NCBI GenBank assembly: GCA_964252075.1
Contig: CAXULY010000032.1
Span: 1-63,244, forward strand
Reading direction: 5' to 3'
DNA length: 63,244 bases
Source: an uncultured Deinococcaceae bacterium
GTDB taxonomy: Bacteria > Deinococcota > Deinococci > Deinococcales > Deinococcaceae
Of this stretch, positions 56,065 through 63,244 are shown piece after piece. The notes beneath the pieces are model-generated. The model was given only the letters and a program-made list of their open reading frames with translations, made no database searches and was not told where the DNA came from. Every line of letters begins with the position of its first letter. The first letter of the stretch is position 1. The position numbers and the translations under genes are program-made.

Positions 56065-56697
56065 GTGTCCCTCCACCACTTCCTCGACTGGCTGAACACC
56101 CTGCCGCCCATCTGGGTGCATGTGGTGCTGGCCGTCATGCTGTTCGTGGAGGGCATTGGCACGCCCGGCATTCCCTTCGAGCCGGTGTGGCTGGTGGAGG
56201 GTGTGCTGATCCACGAGGGCCGCACCACCCTCGTGACCGCCACCCTGTGGGGCACCATCGCGAACTGGCTGGGGAACATCGTGGGGTACTACCTGGGGGC
56301 GCGCGGCATCCGCTTCCTGCCGCGCCGCGCGCGCGAAAGCATGGGCATCGAGGAGGTGCGCGGCTGGCTCTCCCGGTATGGCGGCTGGGTGGTGGTGTTC
56401 AGCCGCTGGTTCGGCCTGATCCGCACGCCGTTCATCCTGTACGCGGGCGCGGCGGGCATGCCGGTCGTGCCGTACGCGGTGTACAGCTTCATCGGGGCGC
56501 TGTCGTGGGTGGCGGTGTGGCAGGTGGGCCTGTGGCTGTTCGGGGAGGCCTTCATCCGCGCGTGGGACCACTACAAGGTGTGGGTGATCCTGGCGGGCGT
56601 CCTGATCGCCGCCGTGAGTGTGTGGCTCGTGCTGCGCCGCCGCCGCGGCGAGGCCGCGGCGGGCGCCACCGTGGAGTCCGGTCCGCGGCCTGAGTGA
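56065..56697 (+). CDS. DedA family membrane protein
   Basis: F.EG.G.P..P.E, G....YYLG, YG...V..SR....R, AG...M. Confidence 0.88.
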   Translation: MSLHHFLDWLNTLPPIWVHVVLAVMLFVEGIGTPGIPFEPVWLVEGVLIHEGRTTLVTATLWGTIANWLGNIVGYYLGARGIRFLPRRARESMGIEEVRGWLSRYGGWVVVFSRWFGLIRTPFILYAGAAGMPVVPYAVYSFIGALSWVAVWQVGLWLFGEAFIRAWDHYKVWVILAGVLIAAVSVWLVLRRRRGEAAAGATVESGPRPE

Positions 56698-56785
56698 CTC
56701 CACCCCGTGGCACGGTCCCTGATGGCTTCTTGACATAAGCCACCCGGCGCACGGTTGGCCTGGGGGGCGCGATTATAATGTGGGT

Positions 56786-59062
56786 GTGTCGTTCGCCGCC
56801 CACGCCCTCCAGAGCCTTGATTTCCCCCGCATCCGGGCGGCGCTTGCCGAGCGCACCGCCACCCGCATGGGCGGAGAGCAGGCGCTCTCGCTTCTCCCCA
56901 GCGGCGAGCCGCTGCGCGTGCGCCGCGAACTCGATCAGGTCGAGGATGCGCTGTTCGGCGTGCGCCTGCAACTCGGCGGCATTCAGGACATCCGCCCACT
57001 GCACGCCCGCGCCCAGGACGGGCGCGTCCTCACCGGACAGGAACTCCTGGAAGTCGCGTACACCCTGGACGCCGCCCTCACCGTGCGCCGCTCCATCGCC
57101 GCGAACTCCCGCGGGCCGCTGCGCGAGGTCGCGCAGGGCATCGCGGACCACACGCTGGTGGTGCGCCGCGTGCTGGAGTCGCTGGACCGTGAGGGGCAGG
57201 TGCGGGACGACGCCAGCCCGAAGCTGCGCGACATCCGCCGCCGCATCTCGCCGCTGCGCAACCAGATCCGCGACCGCCTCTCCGCGACGCTGGAACGCTG
57301 GTCGGAGTACCTGCAGGAAAACATCGTCACCATCCGCCGCGACCGCTACGTGCTGCCCATCCGCGCCTCCGCGGTGAATCAGGTGCAGGGCTTCGTGGTG
57401 GACAGCTCCGCCACCGGGCAGACGTACTTCGTGGAGCCCGCCAGCGTCACGCCGCTCAACAACGAACTCGCGCGCCTGCTGCTCGACGAGGAAGCCGAAG
57501 TCCGGCGCATCCTGCTGGAACTTGGCGCGCTCGTCGCGGACGACGCGGGCATCCCCGGCACCGTGCGCGTGCTGGGCGAGCTGGACCTGATTGCCGCAAA
57601 GGCGGCGCTCGCGCGCGACTGGCGCCTGAACCGCCCCGAAGCGAGCGCGCCGGGCGTCTTCGAGCTAGAGGGCGCCCGCCACCCCCTCATCGAGAACGCC
57701 ATCGCGAACGACCTGAAGCTGGGCGACACGCGCCTGCTGCTCATCACGGGCCCCAACATGGGCGGCAAGACCGCCACCCTCAAGACCCTGGGCCTCGCGG
57801 TGCTGATGCACCAGTGCGGCATGTTCGTGGCCGCGTCCCGCGCGCGCCTGCCCGTCGTGGCGGACGTGCTGGTCGACATCGGGGACGAGCAGAGCATCGA
57901 GGCGAGCCTCTCCACCTTCGCCGCGCACCTGCGGCACCTGGAGGCCGTGCTGGCGGGCGCCAGCCGCGACACCCTGATCCTCATTGACGAGCTTGGCAGC
58001 GGCACGGACCCCGCCGAGGGCGCCGCGCTCGCGCAGGCCATCATCGAGATGCTGCTGGTGCAGGACACGCGCGGCATCATCACCAGTCACCTCGCGCCCC
58101 TGAAGCTCTTCGCGCTGGAGACGCCCGGCCTGAAGAACGCCAGCATGGGCTTCGACCTGAACGCCCTAGCGCCCACCTACCAGCTCGTCGTGGGGCAGCC
58201 GGGCCGGTCTTTCGCGCTCGCCATCGCGCGCCGCATGGGCCTCCCCGAGGAGCTCATCGGGCGCGCCGAGACCATCCTCGGCCCCGAGGGCGGCCTGCTG
58301 GAGCGACTGCTGGAGGGCCTGGAGCGCGAGCGGGACCAGCTCACGCGCGAGCTGCAGACGGCCACGCAGGCGCGCCGCGCCGCCGAGGCGGAACTGGGCC
58401 GCGTGCAGGAGGAGCGCGCCGAGCTGCAGGCCCGCCGCGACGAACTGATCGCGCAGGCGTCCCAGAAGGCCGAGGCGCTGTACGCCGAAGCGATGGATCA
58501 GGTGCGCACCCTGCGCGCCCGCGCGCGCGACGACAGCGCCCGCCCGCGCGTCGCGGAGGAACTCCGCCAGCTCCGCCGCGCCGCGCAGGCCGAACGCCCG
58601 CAGCCGCCCGCCGAACCCAAGGGTGACCCCTTGCGCGTCGGGTCCACCGTCGAGGTGCCTGCCTACGGCGGCCAGGGGCAGGTGCTGGAGGTGCGCGGCG
58701 ACGAACTGGTCGTGCAGCTCGGCGTCATGAAGGTGAACGTGCGCCGCCGCGACGTGCGCCTCAAGCAGGAGGAGAAGGTCCGCACGCCGGTCTTCGCGGG
58801 CGTGGCGCCCGCCAGCTTCCAGAAGGAATTGCAGTTGCGCGGCTCGCACGTCGAGGAAGCCATCGAGGAGCTGCGCGGCGCGATTGGCGAGGCGGTCGCC
58901 CTGCGCGAGACGCCGCTGCGCGTGGTACACGGCAAGGGCCAGGGTGTGCTGCGCCGCCTCATCCGCGATTACCTCAAGACGGACAAGCGCGTCGCGAGCT
59001 TCCACGACGCCGAGCCGTACCAGGGCGGGCACGGCGTCACCATCGTGAACCTCCGCACCTGA
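56786..59062 (+). CDS. mutS2: Endonuclease MutS2
   Basis: [32 protein letters not shown]-terminal Smr VHGKG.G; TATAAT 6 nt before GTG 56786. Confidence 0.96.
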   Translation: MSFAAHALQSLDFPRIRAALAERTATRMGGEQALSLLPSGEPLRVRRELDQVEDALFGVRLQLGGIQDIRPLHARAQDGRVLTGQELLEVAYTLDAALTVRRSIAANSRGPLREVAQGIADHTLVVRRVLESLDREGQVRDDASPKLRDIRRRISPLRNQIRDRLSATLERWSEYLQENIVTIRRDRYVLPIRASAVNQVQGFVVDSSATGQTYFVEPASVTPLNNELARLLLDEEAEVRRILLELGALVADDAGIPGTVRVLGELDLIAAKAALARDWRLNRPEASAPGVFELEGARHPLIENAIANDLKLGDTRLLLITGPNMGGKTATLKTLGLAVLMHQCGMFVAASRARLPVVADVLVDIGDEQSIEASLSTFAAHLRHLEAVLAGASRDTLILIDELGSGTDPAEGAALAQAIIEMLLVQDTRGIITSHLAPLKLFALETPGLKNASMGFDLNALAPTYQLVVGQPGRSFALAIARRMGLPEELIGRAETILGPEGGLLERLLEGLERERDQLTRELQTATQARRAAEAELGRVQEERAELQARRDELIAQASQKAEALYAEAMDQVRTLRARARDDSARPRVAEELRQLRRAAQAERPQPPAEPKGDPLRVGSTVEVPAYGGQGQVLEVRGDELVVQLGVMKVNVRRRDVRLKQEEKVRTPVFAGVAPASFQKELQLRGSHVEEAIEELRGAIGEAVALRETPLRVVHGKGQGVLRRLIRDYLKTDKRVASFHDAEPYQGGHGVTIVNLRT

Positions 59063-59158
59063 CCGCAGCCGGGCGCCGCACACCGCCCACGAAGGTGGAG
59101 GCCCCTGGAGTGGGTTCTCATCGTCCTGAAGGTTTCGCGCGGCACACTGCCTCCTCAG

Positions 59159-60232
59159 ATGCCGCCCGGACGCGCCCGCCACCTGTCCGCCCTCCTCGTG
59201 GCCGCGCTGGGGGGCGCGCTGGCGCAGCAGGATGCCCCCCCCTCGCCCTTCGGAGTGAGCCTGCCGTTTCTCCCTGCGCGCTACAGCGAGCGCTTCGCGT
59301 CCGGCCCGGTGGACGGCTTCGCGGGCGGCGGGCGGTTCGGCGTCCGGCGCCTGCCGCTGCCGCTGCCCGTGGACGTGCGCCTCACCCTGGGGCGCGTCCC
59401 GGCGGGCATGGAGGCGGGCCTGGAGGTGCGCGCACAGGACACCAGCGCCGCCCTCGGCGTCTTCGAGCCGAGCGTGGGCGCCGATGAGACGCTGCCGCGC
59501 GTTCCGCGCTTTCAGGTGATCCACAACCCGGCGGGTGGCGTGCAGGCGGGCGTGAACCTGCAGGGCGCGGGGTTTCTCAGCGAAACGCACCTCGGGTACG
59601 CCCAGCGTGTGGACGCGCTGGGCCTGCGCGTGCTCGGTGAAGTCGGATTCGGCGTTCAGGCTTCCGCGCGCTCGCCCTTCGCGCATCTGGAGGCCAGCGC
59701 GGGCCGCCATGGAGATGCTGGGACGCTGCACTGGAACGCCGCCGTCACCGCGCGCGCCTTCGTGTTCCCGACCCAGTGGCAGCGCAGCCTGGATCTGACC
59801 GGCTCACTCACGTGGCGCCCCGTGGCGGACCAGGACTTGACAGTGAGCGCTGGGCATTTCGAGCGGCTGTCGTGGGGTACGGTCGCGCTGCCCGACCTGA
59901 ACGTCGCGCCGGACCGCGTGACGACCCTCTCGGCCAGCTACCAGCCGCCACCTCAACAGGGGGTCCTGCGTCTGGATGGCGTCAGCTTCACGTACACCCG
60001 GCACTGGCTGAGCCCGGCGGACAACGCCGCGCCCCTCGCCGCAACCTTCAGCGTGAACTTCGGCGCGTCCACCGTGGCCCTCGCGCCACGGCATGACTTC
60101 ATGACCGGCGAGTGGGGGGTCGGCGCCACGTACCTGTACCGCTTCGGGCGTCTCGCGGTGGGTCCCAGGCTGGATGTCCGGCGCCTCGCGGGCGCCACCA
60201 CCTGGACAGTGGGCGTCGCGGTGGGGCAGTAA
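59159..60232 (+). CDS. Hypothetical secreted protein, possibly an outer-membrane beta-barrel
   Basis: ALA signal peptide; alternating amphipathic strands ending WTVGVAVG. Confidence 0.6.
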   Translation: MPPGRARHLSALLVAALGGALAQQDAPPSPFGVSLPFLPARYSERFASGPVDGFAGGGRFGVRRLPLPLPVDVRLTLGRVPAGMEAGLEVRAQDTSAALGVFEPSVGADETLPRVPRFQVIHNPAGGVQAGVNLQGAGFLSETHLGYAQRVDALGLRVLGEVGFGVQASARSPFAHLEASAGRHGDAGTLHWNAAVTARAFVFPTQWQRSLDLTGSLTWRPVADQDLTVSAGHFERLSWGTVALPDLNVAPDRVTTLSASYQPPPQQGVLRLDGVSFTYTRHWLSPADNAAPLAATFSVNFGASTVALAPRHDFMTGEWGVGATYLYRFGRLAVGPRLDVRRLAGATTWTVGVAVGQ

Positions 60233-60294
60233 GGCAGCCCGCCTTTGTGCTCTGCCTCCCGGCCGCCGACAGGGCGGGCGGCTACACTGTCCTG

Positions 60295-61326
60295 ATGCCG
60301 TCTTTGCTCGATCTTCACCCGGACCAGTACCCGCTGGAGGGTTACCGCCGCCGCCAGCTGCTCGACTGGGTCTTCGACAAGGGCGTGAGTGACTTCGCCG
60401 CCATGTCGAACCTCCCCGCGGGCGTCCGCGCGGCCCTCGCCGCCGAATACACCCTCGATCCCTTCCTCGCCAGTGAGACCACCACGTCCACGGACGGCAG
60501 CGTGAAGCACCTCTTCACCCTGCACGACGGCAAGCAGATGGAAGCCGTGTACATGCCGTACCTGGACCGCAAGACCATCTGCGTGAGCACCATGGTGGGC
60601 TGCCCCGCCAAGTGCGCCTTCTGCGCGACGGGCGCCATGGGCTTCGGGCGCAACCTCACGGCGGGTGAGATCGTCGGGCAGGTGCTTGCCGTTGCGCGCG
60701 GCGCTGGCGTCAGCCCGCGCGAGATTCGCAATCTGGTGTTCATGGGGATGGGCGAGCCCCTCCTGAATTACGACGCGACCATGCAGGCCGCGCGCATTCT
60801 GCTGCACCCACAGGCGCTCGGCATGAGCCGCCGCCGCGTGACCCTCAGCACTGTGGGCCTCCCCAAAGGGATCCGCCGTCTGGCCGCCGAGGACGACCTG
60901 GGCCTCAAGCTCGCGATCAGCCTGCACGCCCCCGACGAGGAGACCCGCCAGCGCATCATCCCCACCGCGCACCGCAACACCATCGCGGAGATCATGGCGT
61001 CTGCCCGCGAGTACCAGGCGGTCACGGGCCGCCGCCTCACCTTCGAGTACAGCATGCTGGCGGGCGTGAACGACGCGCCGTGGCAGGCGGAACTGCTCGC
61101 CGACCTGCTGTCGGGGCTGGTCGCGCACGTGAACCTGATCCCCATGAACCCCTGGGACGGCAGTGGCTTCACCGCGAGCAGCGAGGCGGCCATCCAGACC
61201 TTCTACGACATCCTCGAGGACCGCGGCGTGCCGGTCAGCGTGCGCCGCTCGCGCGGGCGGGATGCGGGCGCCGCCTGCGGCCAGCTGGCCCTGAAGCGCC
61301 CGGAGTTGCCTGAAGCGGTCGCCTGA
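60295..61326 (+). CDS. rlmN: 23S rRNA/tRNA m2A methyltransferase RlmN
   Basis: CVST.VGC...C.FCATG, FMGMGEP, SLHA, NLIP.NP, AACGQL. Confidence 0.96.
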   Translation: MPSLLDLHPDQYPLEGYRRRQLLDWVFDKGVSDFAAMSNLPAGVRAALAAEYTLDPFLASETTTSTDGSVKHLFTLHDGKQMEAVYMPYLDRKTICVSTMVGCPAKCAFCATGAMGFGRNLTAGEIVGQVLAVARGAGVSPREIRNLVFMGMGEPLLNYDATMQAARILLHPQALGMSRRRVTLSTVGLPKGIRRLAAEDDLGLKLAISLHAPDEETRQRIIPTAHRNTIAEIMASAREYQAVTGRRLTFEYSMLAGVNDAPWQAELLADLLSGLVAHVNLIPMNPWDGSGFTASSEAAIQTFYDILEDRGVPVSVRRSRGRDAGAACGQLALKRPELPEAVA

Positions 61327-61358
61327 ATCCAACTCCTTAAAAACTCTCATACTTGTGA

Positions 61359-61389
61359 GCGGTGGTCCTGCGTGACCACCGCGATTTTT
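61359..61389 (+). terminator. Terminator of rlmN
   Basis: GCGGTGGTC/GACCACCGC stem plus GATTTTT. Confidence 0.7.
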
Positions 61390-61449
61390 ACGCAGAAACA
61401 AAAAATCACCGTGTTACCATGACTCGAGAATTCTCAAGAGGAGGAGCAG

Positions 61450-62964
61450 GTGGCTCATAAAGTTCCCATGGTGTTGGTGGCGACGCTCACCGTGGCCCTC
61501 GCGCTCGGAACGGGCGCTCAGGGCCAGTCGGTGACCGTCCCAGCCGCCCCACCCTCAGCCCAGGCGGCCACAGGTGCCCCGGCCAGCGGCCAGGACAACC
61601 TGACCGCCGCCCAGCAGGCCCTGACCGGAGGGCAGTTCAAGGTCGCGCAGGCGCTCTACGAGCAGGCCATCGCAAGCGACTACCAGAACGCCGAGGCCCA
61701 TTTCGGGCTCGGGCTCGCCCTCTACCGCCTGAACGACCTGACCGGCGCCCGCTTCGAATTCGGGCAGCTGGTCAAACTCGCCCCCGAACGCTTCGAGGGC
61801 TACTACAACCTCGGCATCATCGCGGCCCGCCAGGGCCAGTACGACGAGGCGCTCACCCAGTACAGCAAGGCCCTGGAGCTCGCGCAGGGCAAAGCCAGCG
61901 TCGCCTCCCAGCGTCAGCTGTACGACGCGCTCGCCGCCGAGCAGACGCGCCGCGCCGCGTGGCCGGACCTCGTCAAGACCCTCAGCGCCGCGAGTGCGCT
62001 GAGCCCCGACGATCAGTCCCTGTCCCTTCGCCTCGCGGACGCCACCCTGCGCGCGGGCGACCCGGACAGCGCCCTCCCGCTCGCCTACGGCGTGCTCAAC
62101 AAGGACCCGTCCAATGTCACGGCGGCGCTGCTCGTCGCGGACATTTACGCCGGGCAGAAGCTGCCGGACCGCGCCGCGCGCGTCCTGTACGACGCCGTCG
62201 GACGCCAGAGTGGCGCGGCCGCCCGCGCGCAGCTCCTCACCCACCAGGGTCAGATCCTCGCGGCGGCCGGCCGCACCAAGGACGCCCTGAAGCCCTTGCA
62301 GGATGCCGTCAAAGCCAACCCCGCCAGCGGCGAGGCGCAGGCAGCCCTCGCGCAGGCGCGGGCTGCCACGGGGGACAAGGTGGGCGCCGTGACGGCCTAC
62401 CGCGCCGCCGTGAAGACCGACCCCACCAACGCGCAGTGGCGCGTCACCCTGGCCGCGGCGGAACTGGCTGCCAGCCAGACCGCGCAGGCCAGCACCGACG
62501 CCGCACTGGCCCTCAAGGCCGCCAAGGACGACAGCACGCGCGCCCGCGCGCAGTACATTCTGGGCGTCACCGCCTACGCGCAGGGCCGCTACGCGCAGGC
62601 GCGCAGCCAGCTGCAGGCCAGCGCCGCCGCGCTGCCCGATGCCAGCACCTCCCTGTGGCTGGGCCTCAGCAGCTACGCCCTGAAGGACTACGCGGGCGCC
62701 GTCAGCGCGCTCCAGGCGAGCGTGCAGGGCAGCCCCACCGTCACGGCGCGCGCCAACCTGGGCGCCGCCCTGCTCGCGGCCAGCCGCTATCAGGAAGCGC
62801 AGGCGACCCTGCAGGGCGTGGTCAGTGACGACCCCAAGAACGCCCTCGCCTGGTACCAGCTGGGTTGGGCGCAGCGCAACCTGGGTCAGGCAACGCAGGC
62901 CAGGAGCGCCTTCAAGACGGCGCTCGCACTGGGTTACACCCCGGCCCGCGAAGCTTTAAAGTGA
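61450..62964 (+). CDS. Secreted tetratricopeptide-repeat protein
   Basis: signal peptide, many TPR motifs (AHFGLG, YYNLG, AWYQLG); GAGGAG RBS. Confidence 0.85.
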   Translation: MAHKVPMVLVATLTVALALGTGAQGQSVTVPAAPPSAQAATGAPASGQDNLTAAQQALTGGQFKVAQALYEQAIASDYQNAEAHFGLGLALYRLNDLTGARFEFGQLVKLAPERFEGYYNLGIIAARQGQYDEALTQYSKALELAQGKASVASQRQLYDALAAEQTRRAAWPDLVKTLSAASALSPDDQSLSLRLADATLRAGDPDSALPLAYGVLNKDPSNVTAALLVADIYAGQKLPDRAARVLYDAVGRQSGAAARAQLLTHQGQILAAAGRTKDALKPLQDAVKANPASGEAQAALAQARAATGDKVGAVTAYRAAVKTDPTNAQWRVTLAAAELAASQTAQASTDAALALKAAKDDSTRARAQYILGVTAYAQGRYAQARSQLQASAAALPDASTSLWLGLSSYALKDYAGAVSALQASVQGSPTVTARANLGAALLAASRYQEAQATLQGVVSDDPKNALAWYQLGWAQRNLGQATQARSAFKTALALGYTPAREALK

Positions 62965-62989
62965 CCCAAATGACCCAGGAGATCCAGCT

Positions 62990-63244
62990 TTGACTTTCCT
63001 CCGGCGACACTGGCCCGACCTGATCATCAGCCTGCTCATCGTGGCACTCCTGATCGGCTTCGGCCTCGTGTTGCTGGGCGGGAACCGCAAGCCGGTGACC
63101 AACGCCGGCAGCCAGACCCCCACCCCCCCGGCCAACAGCCAGACGAACACCCCCACCCCACCGGCCAGCACCGACACCACCACGCAGGTGGCCCCCACAC
63201 CCACGCCCGCCGTGCCGGAGCCCAACCCCACGCCCGCCCCCACC
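62990..63244 (+). CDS. 5' part of a membrane-anchored Pro/Thr-rich protein, possibly SPOR-domain; truncated by the window edge
   Basis: TTG start after AGGAG; MTFLRRHWPDLIISLLIVALLIGFGLVLLGG then a PT-rich linker; not in the ORF track. Confidence 0.6.
   Translation, partial: MTFLRRHWPDLIISLLIVALLIGFGLVLLGGNRKPVTNAGSQTPTPPANSQTNTPTPPASTDTTTQVAPTPTPAVPEPNPTPAPT

Noticed and set aside
56722..56738. RDRM half-site or TTGACA upstream of mutS2
   Set aside because: Only one half matches, and the TTGACA is too far from the TATAAT to be its -35.

Overview
A high-GC chromosomal window of a Deinococcus-Thermus bacterium, most likely Deinococcus. Support: many TANNNT-N5-7-ATG leaderless starts, an RDRM-like box before mutS, a homoisocitrate dehydrogenase, a pilMNOWQ operon and an Ung beginning MTDQPDLFG. 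Most content is housekeeping: mutS/mutL, mutS2, the branched-chain amino-acid cluster (leuCDB, ilvBNC, leuA...ilvD), aroCKBQ, rplM/rpsI, type IV pilus genes, pepF and rlmN. I saw no rRNA, tRNA, CRISPR array or transposase. Main observations: (1) a four-gene module of exported PIG-L deacetylase, GCS2/YbdK-type carboxylate-amine ligase, phosphatidylserine-decarboxylase homolog and DedA, which may be an uncharacterised membrane-lipid modification pathway; (2) a photolyase/cryptochrome ORF reading in frame into uracil-DNA glycosylase, with an internal RBS and a G8/C8 tract whose -1 slip would split the two genes at an ATGA overlap; (3) three leaderless leader-peptide attenuators, too short for the ORF track, before leuA, ilvB and leuC; (4) a very AT-rich orphan membrane-protein gene between leuC and leuD; (5) a translationally coupled chain of accessory enzymes, including an amino-acid racemase, between leuA and ilvD. 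All product calls come from motif recognition, not database searches.
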